In this document: positions 10,201 through 20,285 of the stretch, in pieces
Position numbering within the stretch: the first letter of the stretch is position 1
How the letters are laid out: every line of letters begins with the position of its first letter
Assembly (NCBI GenBank): GCA_963764165.1
Contig: CAVXRD010000002.1
Location: 1,942,232 to 2,006,231 of the forward strand
Source of the DNA: an uncultured Verrucomicrobiae bacterium
GTDB taxonomy: Bacteria > Verrucomicrobiota > Verrucomicrobiia > Limisphaerales > Palsa-1400
Length of the DNA: 64,000 nt
Direction of reading: 5' to 3'
Program-made: the position numbers and the translations under genes
Notes under the pieces: model-generated
Database searches by the model: none
Seen by the model: only the letters and a program-made list of their open reading frames with translations
What the model was told of the DNA's origin: nothing

Positions 10201-10325
10201 CCGACGAGAGCATGGACGCCGAGGGGGACGGCCCTGTTGCCGGGAGGCAGAATCTCCGCTTGCGCCGCGGCCGCAGCCGTCAAGCACGCCAATCCGAGAG
10301 AAATAGTTTTTGGAAACTGGCTCAC
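7263..10325 (-). CDS. Large secreted two-domain amidohydrolase family protein
   Basis: 1020 aa, GTG start. Signal peptide. Two amidohydrolase-like halves (IYAGFIDPY; PGIIDCHSHS) joined by a low-complexity TN/RGG linker. Overlaps the downstream paralog by 23 nt. Confidence 0.75.
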   Translation of the reverse strand: MSQFPKTISLGLACLTAAAAAQAEILPPGNRAVPLGVHALVGGKVVVKPGETLDSATIVIRDGLIEKVGKDVTAPPDARVWDMKGTTIYAGFIDPYLTIASAAATNAAPTRGRFGGPPPQSQNLTAGRFYGLAVAELDPGAPGPSSQLSVIVPEHRAVEGLAPEAAALQSLRGAGFTAGNVVPSTGIIKGTSAFISLGESNPNDAVIRADVFQHIALESGGGFGGGYPSSLMGIISAIRQTMYDAQHDALERAAYEKSPLGHKRPPFNPASKALEPALDKKMTVVFEPGSALMVDRATRLAQEFGLNYYILASGQEWRRPELAKSAGVPFILPLSFPEITKMSDDDDWNSINLDQLRAWDWAPEDAAILRSNNLEVALTTYELDDKSAFHRNVVAAVDRGYSENDALAGLTTIPAKLCGVDKSLGTIEAGKMADLTVVSGKGYFDPDAKVKEVWIDGRIYKSEADDSGTNAPARPDRSAEAKSDDAKSPGANTLGTNAVATNSAGTNAPGTNSPAKPDDSKVAENSDEPAPNPGRGPGGGRGGRGGNRSAANRELMKKRLAHSPMEGRGPITNPPALLITNATLWTCGPSGVLEKASILIENGKIAEIGATVRHPDSALVEDGTGKEVSPGIIDCHSHSMILGGVNEGTLPSSAMVRIGDVVNADSANIYLQLAGGTTEAHLLHGSANPIGGQCCLIKLRDGATPEEMKFAEAPPTIKFALGENVKQSNGGGGTRFPQTRMGVPTFYENRFTAAKQYLETWDKYNKTGQGVPPARDLELDALGEILQGKRFIHCHSYRQDEILYFIRTMQSFGIQIAAMQHVLEGYKVADEMAAGKIGGSSFSDWWAYKFEVYDAIPYNGTLMHDRGVVVSFNSDSDDLARRLNLDAAKAVKYGGLSEVEALKFVTINPAIQLRVDKLVGSLEVGKSGDIAVWSKSPLDSTTLCLETWIEGKKYFDLALDPKRTASLEEERKALLAKARKLSEGGESGGTPQGRRRFFEVALEHQDDFYNHDRDEADGKP

Positions 10326-10387
10326 GAACGGGGGCGAGACTGTCGCCTCTCAAAAACAAATTCAAGCACAAATGTTACAAAATTGAG

Positions 10388-10524
10388 GGCCACGCGCTTA
10401 CACAGATCAACACAGATTTTAAGACCCACGCTTTGATTGACGGCCGAGAGCCCGGTTTAATCATGCATGACCGCCCGCCCAGCCCATTTTTGATTCATCT
10501 GTGTTGAGCTGTGCAAATCTGTGG
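10388..10524. repeat. CACAGAT-family palindromic repeat element (copy 1)
   Basis: cacagatcaacacagat (10401-10417) and atctgtgttgagctgtg (10497-10513) are inverted, with 1 mismatch. Outer parts are degenerate. Confidence 0.7.
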
Positions 10525-10559
10525 CTCTAAGGGGCGGATTTGTGGCAGTATTGCCGCAA

Positions 10560-11054
10560 ATGAGCGGCAGCCACGAATTTTCCGATCTGCTTCCCTCCGA
10601 TGCGCCCGCCATCCAAGCCCTGATCACAGCGGCGATGGATGCGGATGAAGGCGTCCTGGCGGCGGAGACGATTCGCAGGCACTTCGCGGCGGCTGGGGCG
10701 GGAATTTCAGACGGACGGAGGTATTATGTTTACAGGGAAGGCGGCTCGGTTGCAGGCATGGTGGGGCTGCATCACTACGAATGGGGGCCGGCGGAAAATG
10801 TCTGGCTCGGCTGGTTTGCAGTGCATCCGAGCCGCCAGGGAAACGGCATTGGCAAATCATTGCTCGCACTGGCAGAGAAGAAAGCCCTCGAAACGGGATA
10901 CAAGAAATTCTTCGTCGAGACCTACGGATCGCCCACCTTTGCCCGGGCGCGGGAATTTTATGCGCGCCAAGGGTTCGTGGTCGCCGGCCAAGTAGCCAAC
11001 TACCTTCCCGACGGCGGCGACATGGTTGTCTTCTGCAAATGGCTCAATCGTTGA
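10560..11054 (+). CDS. GNAT family N-acetyltransferase
   Basis: Acetyl-CoA binding motif RQGNGIGKSLL. ATG at 10560 preferred over the GTG at 10521, which lies inside the repeat element. Confidence 0.8.
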   Translation: MSGSHEFSDLLPSDAPAIQALITAAMDADEGVLAAETIRRHFAAAGAGISDGRRYYVYREGGSVAGMVGLHHYEWGPAENVWLGWFAVHPSRQGNGIGKSLLALAEKKALETGYKKFFVETYGSPTFARAREFYARQGFVVAGQVANYLPDGGDMVVFCKWLNR

Positions 11055-11153
11055 AATCCGATGGTGTCGCTTCGCTCAACCGCGGCTGCAAGCTGTGCGC
11101 CGCCGGCATCTTCCGCCAGCGCGCTTCGGCGCCATATTCTTCTGAGACTGATT

Positions 11154-13487
11154 CTAAGGGGCGTCCATCGCGCGGGCGATGGAGTTCCACCAAAGGTCAT
11201 GCAGTTCCGTGAGCGCCCATTTGCCTTCCCATGGGCCGGCTTTGATGGCCAATTCGGCGCCTCCGACAATGCCGAGTTTCATTGCGCCTAATCCAAGGAT
11301 TTTCGCGCGCTCGATGACTTTGGCGGCGTTGTCCGGGGCGACCGAGACAACGACACGGCTCTGCGTTTCGCCAAATAAAAGCACCTCGAGCCGTGTCGAT
11401 TCGTTTGCGGAGCTGGACAAATCGATTTGCGCGCCAATCAAGCGGGGCGTTTCGCGGGCGATTTGCTGGGAGATGCAGCTTTCGGCCAGCGCGACGGCCA
11501 GGCCGCCTTCGCTGCAATCGTGCGCGCTCTTGATGCAGCCGGTTTGGATAAACCCGCGCACGGCGTTGTGAAGCGTGCGCTCTTTTTCCATGTCACAGCG
11601 CGGCGGCGTGCCGGTTTTCAAATGGCGCGCGACTTGCAGCCACGCGGAGCCGCCCATGCCGCGCATCGGGTCTTGTTCGTCAACAATATCTCCCAGCAGC
11701 ACAATGACGTCGCCCTCGTCCTTGAACCATTGCGTAGTGATGTGTTCGGCTCTTTCGATCAAGCCGACCAGCGCCACCGTTGGCGTCGGATCGATGGGGC
11801 CGTTGGGACTTTGATTGTAGAGGCTGCAATTGCCGCCGGTGACGGGGGCGTTGAAAAATCGGCAAGCCTCCGCCAGTCCGCGCACGGATTCCTTCAATTG
11901 CCAAAACAACTCGGGATTATGCGGGTTGGCAAAATTCAAATTATCGGTCGAACCGAGCGGTGTTGCGCCTGCGCACGCGAGATTGCGCGCTGCTTCGGCC
12001 ACCGCTGTTTTTGCGCCTTCGTAAGGATCGAGGTAAACGTAAGTTGCATTGCAATCCACTGTTAGCGCGATGTATTTCTCGACCGTCGTGACTGGGCCGC
12101 CCACTTCCGGCAGCGAATCTTCCTTGATGCGAATGACCGCCGCGTCCGAACCGGGGCAAACGATTGTGCCGTCGCGAACAGTATGGTCGTATTGGCGATA
12201 GACCCAATTCTTTGAGGCAATTACGGGCCAGGCCAGCAGCGCTTTCAAATCCGCCACCGGGTCCGCCGACACGGCCACGCCGGCCAGCGCGAATTCGCGG
12301 ACGGCTTTCAGATACTCCGGCTCCTTCGCGTCGCGCGTGTAAACCGGCGCTTCGTCGGCCAGTTTCCTCGCGGGAATGTCCGCCACCACGCTGCCGTTAT
12401 GTTTGACAACCATGTGACCGGTGTTGGTGACCTGCCCGACTCTGGCCCACGGCAAATCCCACTTGTCGAAAATCTTTTTGACTTCGTCCTCGCGGCCCGC
12501 TTTCACGATGATTAGCATGCGCTCCTGCGATTCGCTGAGCATGATTTCGTAGGAGGTCATCCCCGGCGCGCGCTGCGGGACGAGCGCCAATTCGATTTCA
12601 ATTCCCGTTCCGGCGCGTGCGGCTGTTTCGCAAGTGGAGCACGTCAATCCGGCCGCGCCCATGTCCTGAATTCCCGCCACCGCGTCGGTCGCCAGCAATT
12701 CGAGGCACGCTTCGCAAACCAGCTTCTCCATAAATGGATCGCCGACCTGCACCGCGCCGCGCTGTTGCTCGGCGGATTCTTCGGTCAAATCGCGCGAGGC
12801 AAACGCCGCGCCCGCCAACCCATCCCGCCCCGTCGCGGGGCCGACGTAGAAAACCGGATTCCCTTCGCCCTTGGCCGCGCCGCGCGCAATTTGCTCGTGG
12901 CGCAAGACACCGAGGCAAAAGGCGTTGACCAGCGGATTTCCCTCGTAACTGCTGTCAAAGTAAACTTCGCCCGCGATGGTCGGAATGCCGAAGCAATTCC
13001 CGTAATGCGCGATGCCGCTGACCACGCCGCTGAAAAGCCTTCGATTGTTGGCGGCGCTTCCATTATTCCCGTTGCCGGTGATCGGGCCGAAGCGCAAGGA
13101 ATCAATCGCGCAAATGGGCCGCGCTCCCATCGTAAAGATGTCACGTATAATTCCACCGACGCCGGTGGCCGCGCCCTGGAACGGCTCGACCGCGCTCGGG
13201 TGATTGTGGGATTCGATTTTGAACGCGATGGCCAGTCCGTCGCCAATGTCAATAATACCCGCGTTTTCCTCGCCCGCGCCGACAAGAATGCGCGGCGATT
13301 TGGTGGGGAATGTTTTCAGCAGCGGACGCGTGTTTTTATAGGAGCAATGCTCGCTCCACATGACGGAAAAAATGCCCAATTCCGTGTAGCTCGGAGCGCG
13401 CCCGAGGATGCCGAGGATTTTGTCGTATTCCTCGGGGGTGAGGTTGTGCTGCTTGACCAATTCTGGAGTGATGGCTGGTTCGCTCAT
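11154..13487 (-). CDS. purL: Phosphoribosylformylglycinamidine synthase subunit PurL
   Basis: 777 aa. Canonical N-terminus [36 protein letters not shown] and duplicated AIR-synthase-like domains. Confidence 0.95.
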   Translation of the reverse strand: MSEPAITPELVKQHNLTPEEYDKILGILGRAPSYTELGIFSVMWSEHCSYKNTRPLLKTFPTKSPRILVGAGEENAGIIDIGDGLAIAFKIESHNHPSAVEPFQGAATGVGGIIRDIFTMGARPICAIDSLRFGPITGNGNNGSAANNRRLFSGVVSGIAHYGNCFGIPTIAGEVYFDSSYEGNPLVNAFCLGVLRHEQIARGAAKGEGNPVFYVGPATGRDGLAGAAFASRDLTEESAEQQRGAVQVGDPFMEKLVCEACLELLATDAVAGIQDMGAAGLTCSTCETAARAGTGIEIELALVPQRAPGMTSYEIMLSESQERMLIIVKAGREDEVKKIFDKWDLPWARVGQVTNTGHMVVKHNGSVVADIPARKLADEAPVYTRDAKEPEYLKAVREFALAGVAVSADPVADLKALLAWPVIASKNWVYRQYDHTVRDGTIVCPGSDAAVIRIKEDSLPEVGGPVTTVEKYIALTVDCNATYVYLDPYEGAKTAVAEAARNLACAGATPLGSTDNLNFANPHNPELFWQLKESVRGLAEACRFFNAPVTGGNCSLYNQSPNGPIDPTPTVALVGLIERAEHITTQWFKDEGDVIVLLGDIVDEQDPMRGMGGSAWLQVARHLKTGTPPRCDMEKERTLHNAVRGFIQTGCIKSAHDCSEGGLAVALAESCISQQIARETPRLIGAQIDLSSSANESTRLEVLLFGETQSRVVVSVAPDNAAKVIERAKILGLGAMKLGIVGGAELAIKAGPWEGKWALTELHDLWWNSIARAMDAP

Positions 13488-13495
13488 GACTAATT

Positions 13496-13721
13496 AAGGT
13501 AGGGACGCCTCGCTGAGGCGTCCGGGTCGAGGTAAGCGCCATTGCCGTTGCTTTCGAACAGTCGGCACGCTCGGCAGGGCGAGGCTCCTGCCGAGCCGTC
13601 TTTGTCGGGGACTGGCTCCGCAGGAGCGTCGCGCCACCGCATTTGCTTGCTCGCGGGAACATCCGTCCTCGGGCGTGAATAGAGCCTCACCCCGGACGCC
13701 TCGGCGAGGCGTCCCTACCTT
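13496..13721. repeat. GGACGCCTCGCCGAGGCGTCC-family palindromic repeats (inverted pair) plus internal GC hairpins
   Basis: aaggtagggacgcctcgctgaggcgtccgggtcgagg (13496-13532) is the near reverse complement of 13685-13721. Inner 10-bp hairpin gctcggcagg/cctgccgagc (13569-13596). Confidence 0.8.
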
Positions 13722-13750
13722 GATCAGCGCTTCGCGCAAGTTGTCCATGG

Positions 13751-14461
13751 TCACGCGGCTTTCGCCAAGCGGCCTTCAAGCCAGCTCACGAGTCCCTCAA
13801 AAATCAAACGCCCATCGGCCGAGCCCAAAATATCCTCGCTCGCCCGCTCTGGGTGCGGCATCAGGCCTGCGACGTTTCTCGCTTCATTACAAATGCCGGC
13901 GATGTTTCGCAAAGAGCCATTCGGATTCGCGGCATCGGTCAATTCGCCTTGGGCCGTCGCATACTGCCACAAAATTCGATTCTGCTTTTCCAATTGCTCA
14001 AGCGTCGCGTCGTCCGCGAAATAACACCCTTCGCCGTGGGCGATGGGAATGCGCAGGATTTTTCCATCCGGAATTTTATTCGTGAATGGCGATTGCGTGG
14101 TCACCGTTTTGAGAAAAACTTTCTCGCAGCGAAATTGGAGCGAGCGATTCCGAATCAACGCGCCTGGCAGCAAGCCAGCTTCGCAGAGAATTTGAAAGCC
14201 GTTGCATATCCCCAGCACCGGACCGCCGCTGGCCGCGAAGTCTCGCACCGCGCCCATGATCGGACTGAATCGCGCAATTGCGCCGGTGCGCAAATAATCG
14301 CCATAGCTGAATCCTCCCGGGACAATGACCGCGTCAAATCCCGCCAGCGAGCTTTCTTTGTGCCAGACGAAGCGGCCCGATTTTCCCAAAACGCGGCGCA
14401 CGACGTGCAGGGCATCCTGGTCGCAATTGGAAGCGGGAAATTGAAGGACGGCAAAATTCAT
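13751..14461 (-). CDS. purQ: Phosphoribosylformylglycinamidine synthase subunit PurQ (glutaminase)
   Basis: 236 aa. GATase1 pattern [20 protein letters not shown], and HGEG near the C-terminus. Confidence 0.95.
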   Translation of the reverse strand: MNFAVLQFPASNCDQDALHVVRRVLGKSGRFVWHKESSLAGFDAVIVPGGFSYGDYLRTGAIARFSPIMGAVRDFAASGGPVLGICNGFQILCEAGLLPGALIRNRSLQFRCEKVFLKTVTTQSPFTNKIPDGKILRIPIAHGEGCYFADDATLEQLEKQNRILWQYATAQGELTDAANPNGSLRNIAGICNEARNVAGLMPHPERASEDILGSADGRLIFEGLVSWLEGRLAKAA

Positions 14462-14472
14462 ATCACATCACG

Positions 14473-14712
14473 TTACTCAATCACGAAACGGTAATCCTCG
14501 ATGACGGGATTGCTGAGAATCTTGTGGCAGGCGTCGTCGATTTGTTTGCGCCACGCCTCGGCGTCCGCGCCGGGCAATTCAATTTCGAGATATTTGCCGA
14601 CGTGGACAGCGCCGATGCCGCTGTAGCCCATTTGTTCGAGGGCGTTCTGGACCGTTTTTCCCTGCGGATCAAGGACGGCCTTTTTTGGTGTGACGATGAT
14701 TTTCGCTTTCAT
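14473..14712 (-). CDS. purS: Phosphoribosylformylglycinamidine synthase subunit PurS
   Basis: 79 aa from MKAKIIVTPKKAVLDPQG. The longer ORF-track ORF to 15129 runs through a repeat element and is not credible. Confidence 0.9.
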   Translation of the reverse strand: MKAKIIVTPKKAVLDPQGKTVQNALEQMGYSGIGAVHVGKYLEIELPGADAEAWRKQIDDACHKILSNPVIEDYRFVIE

Positions 14713-14798
14713 TTCAAATGGCCGGCGGAGCGCGGCGCACCCGGATGCTAAAGAACGACAGCCGCCGACGCCAATATAATTTAAGCCGGGCAGGAAAG

Positions 14799-14914
14799 CC
14801 ACAGATGGACACAGATCAACACAGATTTTGGGACAAGGCATTTGTTGACAGGCATCGGCGGGCCGCATCACGAATCCCGAAATTCTTATCTGTGTTGATC
14901 TGTGTCCATCTGTG
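14799..14914. repeat. CACAGAT-family palindromic repeat element (copy 2, intact)
   Basis: cacagatggacacagatcaacacagat (14800-14826) is the perfect reverse complement of 14888-14914 (27 bp), with a 61-nt spacer. Three CACAGAT units are spaced 10 nt apart. Confidence 0.85.
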
Positions 14915-14965
14915 TTCAAGTTTTGCAAAGCCTTGCAAATACGAGGCTTATTGAACCGATGGACG

Positions 14966-14992
14966 GCCACTGTCAGCGGAACTGTCAGTAAA
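14966..14992. other. Candidate attL (direct repeat)
   Basis: gccactgtcag-cgga-actgtcagtaaa. Shares GCCACTGTCAG and ACTGTCAGTAAA with 31773-31788. Confidence 0.5.
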
Positions 14993-15112
14993 GCGGCGAT
15001 TGCCAAAACAATTCGCCACAACTGTTCGAGAACTCGCTGAAACTTTGCCACCACTGGCGTTCGAAAACGCCGCGGATGCAGGACTGGAATATCGAAAACA
15101 GGTAATCCAGTT

Positions 15113-16150
15113 ATGAAAACGAAATTCACAATGTTCCGGCGCGGGGAAATGTTCTACATGCAGGACAGCGCGACGGGGAGACAGACCAGCCTGCGCACCA
15201 AAGACGAAACCGAAGCCAAGCGGCTACTAAGCGCCCGCAATGAAGCGCAGCAGCAGCCGACACTTAACCTTCACCTTGCCCGCGCTTACCTGACGGCAAG
15301 CGATCCTGTCTTTGTGGATCGCAATTGGCAGACCGTCATGGAGCAATTGCAGAGCCGAGGCAAGGACAGCAGCAAAGAGCGTTACGCGAGCGTGTTCAAG
15401 TCGGCATCCTTCGACGCCTTGCGCCGAAAGAAATTGTTGGAAACCACCGCCGATGATTTCTTTGCCATATTCAAAGACGGCAAAGTGTCCATCGTCGATT
15501 TTCTGAAACGGTTGCACAATTTTGCCTTAAGCATGGGCTGGATTGCGCTGCCGGTGGTTGCGCCTTACCTCTGGCCGAAATATCAGGCCAAAGACCGGCG
15601 CGGCATCACTTCGAGCGAACAGCAGAGCATCCTTGCCCACGAGAAGAAACTCGAATGGAAGCTGTTTTTGGAACTCCTTTGGGAAACTGGCGCGGCCCAA
15701 GGCGACGCCGTGAGCATGACCGCCGAGGATGTTGATTGGCAGAGCCGGACGATCACCTATTTTCGGAAAAAGACTGGCTCGCGGGCGCAGTTCACCATCA
15801 GCAACAGGCTGGAAATGGTTTTAAGCCAGTTGCCGCGAACCGGCCCGCTGTTTCCGAACTTATCCCAATTCACGTCCAATGACCGGGCAACCCGCTTTCG
15901 CCGCCGTTGCCAGCGGGCGGGCGTGTCGGGCGTGACGCTGCATTGCTACCGTTACGCATGGGCAGAACGGGCGCGGGTTGTCGGGATGCCGGAACGGTTT
16001 GCCCAGGCGGCACTCGGTCACAACAGCAGCGCAATTCACCGCGCCTATGCGAAGAAAGCGCAAATCATCGTGCCATCGCTTGAGGAATACGAAAGGAAGT
16101 TTGTGGCAGCCAATGACAACATTTCGCCACAAAAGGCAGTTGCGGCGTGA
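15113..16150 (+). CDS. Tyrosine-type site-specific recombinase/integrase
   Basis: 345 aa. C-terminal catalytic region with HCYRYAWAERA and LGHNSSAIHRAYAK (R..H..R..Y pattern). Confidence 0.85.
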   Translation: MKTKFTMFRRGEMFYMQDSATGRQTSLRTKDETEAKRLLSARNEAQQQPTLNLHLARAYLTASDPVFVDRNWQTVMEQLQSRGKDSSKERYASVFKSASFDALRRKKLLETTADDFFAIFKDGKVSIVDFLKRLHNFALSMGWIALPVVAPYLWPKYQAKDRRGITSSEQQSILAHEKKLEWKLFLELLWETGAAQGDAVSMTAEDVDWQSRTITYFRKKTGSRAQFTISNRLEMVLSQLPRTGPLFPNLSQFTSNDRATRFRRRCQRAGVSGVTLHCYRYAWAERARVVGMPERFAQAALGHNSSAIHRAYAKKAQIIVPSLEEYERKFVAANDNISPQKAVAA

Positions 16151-16250
16151 AGCCGCCAAAATAATACGAAGCGGTTGAGTCTCAATAACTCAATCGCTTC
16201 TTCGCGGGAAACGCACGATTCGAAATGTCTTGATACCTCAGACTCTTTCA

Positions 16251-17177
16251 TCACGACAGAGCCTGCACGAATGTGTCCGTTCCCATGCCAGCGGGCATCC
16301 ACACCGCGACGGCGGCAACGCGTTGCGCCAGTGCTCGGCTTTGTGGCGGGCGTTCTTGGAGATTCAAAAGATGAATCTGAATCGTAAATTCGTCCGCTAC
16401 TTTAATGTCACGGTCACCCGGATAAACTTCCCCACGTCGAAAATTGCCGCGTTCGATACTTGCACCCTGAAATAGCTGTTCGATTTCTGAATCCTCGTCC
16501 ACTGAACGAAGCCTTGGTACCTGCCCATTCCTGGGTGACCAAGACATCAAATAAACGCACGCGGTCGCGGAAGGATTCCGGTTTAGATATTCTTTTAATT
16601 GGAGCAGCAGCCCTATGAATTGCTGGCTGTCACCCGGACTGACGAATTGCAGTTGCGTGAGAAAAGAGTTGTATAATTCCTCCAAAGCAACGTGCGCATA
16701 GCCATGCTTTTGTGCCTCCGTCCGACTCGCATGACCGACGTCTGGCACAAAATTCACTGAGCCGATCAGCTGATTAACGATTGTCCTATTATGATCCAGA
16801 GATGCTTCTGTGAAATGAGGAACGCGTGGATAGAACCACTCTGACGAAAAATTCACATTTTGGTAATCGAGATCGAGAACACATTTTCGGGTCGGTTCAA
16901 ATAATTGATCAAGAAAAAATGCTCTCCGCCATTCAGAAAGCGGTCGTCCAGCGACTGCATGCTGCCGGAGTTGCTCCCGTAAATGTTCTTCATGACTGAC
17001 ATAGGCTGTAAACGCGTCCTGCACTTCGCTTTCTAGGAAAACCCGGCACAGTCCCAGGTAGTTTCGTTTGTAACCGAGAAACCGCGCCCGCTGTTGTATC
17101 GTATCAGCATTGCCGACACCTTTTCCGCGCGGCATATAGGTGATCGTTAATCCTTCGACCGTAAATCCGCGATCCAT
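16251..17177 (-). pseudogene. Z1 domain protein, C-terminal fragment (N-terminus missing)
   Basis: Begins abruptly with RGFTVEGLTITYMPRGKGVGNADTIQQRARFLGYKRNYLGLCRVF, which matches the Z1-domain block. As I recall, full-length family members are roughly three times longer. Confidence 0.55.
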
Positions 17178-17179
17178 AG

Positions 17180-18979
17180 CTTGGCCGCGAGTTTACTCAA
17201 ACGGATTTTGAAAGTCTTTGTCGAAGCGCGGCTTCATCGAAGCATCGCGGAACGAGCATAGGTTATCGCGGCATAGGGTTTAAATCTGTCGTGGGATTCG
17301 CCAAAGTGATTCATATTTTCAGCGGCCAGCTTGAGACAACATTTTCTCGCGAACTGACGGCGCACGCCGTTCCCCAAGCAACTCGCGTCCCGCTGGTGAG
17401 AATCCCGCACCCCGTTGAACCGAGTTTGCGGTCAAAACTCACCGACAGCCTGGATGGACTTACGAGCGATGGATTCAAGACTGTGTTTGTTTTTACAGAC
17501 CTCGTTGCCAGTGGAATCGAAGCTGAGTTTGCTGCGTTTGATCCCACTTCTTTGTTGTTTCTTCGGAACATTCGGCAAGTGGAACTGAAATCTGACATCG
17601 AGGCCGTCATCACAATCCGACGCGAAACGGTGGATTCCCGCACACGCTCAATTCGTCTGGCTAGTTCTGAGGGGGTGAGTAAATGGACGGTGATCGAACG
17701 GGATGGTGTGGCTCTAGCGTTTATCCATGCTGAATCTGGAATCGCGCGTCTTGAGGAACGGCAGGCAATAATTCACGCCTTTCTGCCCACGCTCGAAACA
17801 ACAGGCTTTCCGTTCAAAGTGAATGGGGATATTTCAACCGACCCTTCCCGCACCCGGATTATTTTGGATGAGCGCACTGCCTCAGGCATTAATTCCGCCG
17901 CCAAATTGATGGTTGATCTGATTGCCGAGTGTCTCAACGCTGCATCGCCGCAAGCAGACACGAAATTACTTGCCGCCCTTATGCCGATTTCCGATCCGCG
18001 AATGGCTTCATTTCAAAGACGAAGTTTCAGGACCGAGCTTTATTCCGCGATCAAACGCGAAGCTAATGGACGTTTTGGCGGTTTTCTGTGTCGTCCCCAA
18101 TGGCTAAATGCAGTCGATTTCTCTAAGCTAACGGAAGCGTCGGGGGCTAAATCTGTCCCTCGCAATTTGGAAAGTGTCGAGGGATTATCTGGCTTTCTCA
18201 AATTTCTCGGAGCGGGAGAAGCAACACTGAAGGATTTCTCGCCCGCTTTGACCCAGGCCGCACCTTCTTTGGCGGGCGCCGCTGAAATCGTCACACACCT
18301 GACAAATCTTCATGCCACGAAACAAATTCAGGCTGATTCAATCAAATCGGATTGGAAGCTATGGCCGGTGGACGAAATGCCGCTTTCGTTGGATGAAGCC
18401 AAAAACACATCCAAACCACTTGCTCAAAGCTTTACGGATTTGATTGCCGAGAAGTCAGGAAGCAGGACTGAATTGCCGCGAATGGTTGAAAGCCTCACCG
18501 ACGCGCCGACAGCAACCACGCTGATTCCGAGCAAGCCGTTAATACCATCTCAGTCAAATGATGTAGTTGCGTCTCAGAAATCGCCAAGTCAACAATTCAG
18601 CTTAAAACGCTGGCGGGGTGCAGAGCAGCAAGTGCTTGCAGTTCTGGTAGCATGGGGGTGGAAAGTCGAGGATGTAAGCCGACAAAATATCGGCTACGAC
18701 ATTGAAGGAAGCACGCCAGAAGATGAGCCGGTGTGCATCGAGGTCAAATCTATCGATTATCCCGGCCAATCTTTTACGCTCACGAGCAATGAAGAGGCGG
18801 TTGCGAGAGAAAAGGGCGATTCTTATAGACTAGCATTGGTTCGGCAGACCAACACACACCTTGAGATTGCTTTCATCCGCGACCCGGCGCGTCAACTAAA
18901 GGTCACGCGGCAGTGCCGACAATGGGTTTGGGAATGTGCCACGTACGAATTCACGCCGGAAAGGTTTCGACTTGAATAG
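17180..18979 (+). pseudogene. Sacsin-like HATPase / DUF3883 protein, 5'-truncated
   Basis: The frame is open from 17180 and encodes ...SSKHRGTSIGYRGIGFKSV, but the upstream ATP-binding N-box is absent. Mid-region HAFLPTLETTGFPFKVNGD. C-terminal DUF3883-like block KRWRGAEQQVL...GYDIEG...IEVKS. The ORF track starts it at a GTG at 17291. Confidence 0.55.
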
Positions 18980-19065
18980 TATGCTTCGGTTGATATGCGA
19001 ATGCCCCACTCTAGGGTGCGTTTACACGGACGATGATACCATCGGAAATCGCCAAAACTGGAATT

Positions 19066-19980
19066 CTAACTCTCGTTAGCCCGATTTGGTCTTTTTTGAT
19101 TGGAATTCACGTACAAACTTTCCACATGTCTTAGGAATTCCTCTGTATTTTTAGCGTATCGTTTCTCCTTTTCACCTACGATCTTGCCGTTATCCGTGAA
19201 AGCCTCATAAACGCTGTTAGAAATGCAAGGATCATAATTATCGGTTGCGCCCTTTTTATGAAACCATTTAATCACCCGATCAAGCGCAGGCCGTGCCGTT
19301 TCCGATCCTATCGAGTCCGACTTTAATGGAACTCGGTATTCCACACACACTTGTTCCATAATATCTTTGAAAAAGGGTCCTCTTTTTTGCCAGATTTGTT
19401 CCAGCCTTTCCCATGCCGTACCAACTATGGCGCAACCGCACCATGCCGATTGCCTCTCTAATTCGTGGCATTCAATGATTGGCTTTCCCACAAAACAATG
19501 TTGTTCAATAAAAAAATTACCCTCTGAAATTGCGCCACGCAACGGCAGGCCATAGTTGAACATTCGTTCCATCAGTGCAGCGCAGTCGGAAAAAAAATCG
19601 AACCAGTAGAGCGGTTCTGCTTCAGATGCTCTTTCCCCTTGTGGAATCTCATACCAAAGAAGAATTGAATCGGCAAAAATGATTGAGCTTGTAGGTTTTT
19701 CACGCGGACCAGATTTCCGCACTGTTTCTTCTCTGATCTCATTTTGAATACTCAACAATCTCCCTTTTATGATTTTGGCCGCCTCGCGAATGTTTTCATC
19801 GGAAGCAATCTTGCTGAATCCTAAAATGTCGAAATAGGCCACCAACCCCTGTTGGATTCCATCACAATTGCCAAGCAGCGATTCCTGCACAGTATTGAAA
19901 CCGAATTCTACCCTCTTTCTTCCGCTACCGTTGCTGACAGCGCATGGTTGCGGCGACATCCTTAAATCTTCAAAGTTCAT
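19066..19980 (-). CDS. Stand-alone class III nucleotidyl cyclase-fold protein (putative)
   Basis: 304 aa from MNFEDL. Ordered blocks LVAYFDILGFSKI, IIFADSILLWYE, LPLRGAISEGNFF and FVGKPIIECHELER resemble cyclase homology domain motifs. No fused sensor or effector domain. Confidence 0.5.
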   Translation of the reverse strand: MNFEDLRMSPQPCAVSNGSGRKRVEFGFNTVQESLLGNCDGIQQGLVAYFDILGFSKIASDENIREAAKIIKGRLLSIQNEIREETVRKSGPREKPTSSIIFADSILLWYEIPQGERASEAEPLYWFDFFSDCAALMERMFNYGLPLRGAISEGNFFIEQHCFVGKPIIECHELERQSAWCGCAIVGTAWERLEQIWQKRGPFFKDIMEQVCVEYRVPLKSDSIGSETARPALDRVIKWFHKKGATDNYDPCISNSVYEAFTDNGKIVGEKEKRYAKNTEEFLRHVESLYVNSNQKRPNRANES

Positions 19981-20285
19981 TGCAGCGGTCCAATGTAAGC
20001 GTGCGGAAGAAAAAGTCAATGAAGGTTGAAGTTTGTGCCAGGACGGTTTGTTGCGCTCATTCTGACCGCCTCCTTGAACGCATTCCCCGGTTACACCACG
20101 CGGCCTTTTGATGGCTTGGCTTAAAGTCCCAGCCGCGACACGCAAGCAGAAAATCGGTTCCCCCTGAAGGTTTCCCCCAATTTTCCGCCTTGCGCGTTGC
20201 GCTTCGCCCCGGCTCCGAGGGACTTTTTTCGCTCACCATCAGGCCGCGATGGGCGCAGCCCGACAAACTTAACAAGGAGACTACC

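Noticed and set aside
9156-10436. 426-aa plus-strand ORF
   Set aside because: Entirely antisense to the well-supported 1020-aa amidohydrolase gene. Its Arg/Gly/Ala-rich composition is typical of shadow ORFs in GC-rich DNA.
14713-15129. Upstream extension of the purS ORF (218-aa version)
   Set aside because: The extension translates the CACAGAT repeat element (…NTDGHRSTQIRI…ICVDLCPSV…). PurS is complete from the MKAKIIV start at 14712.
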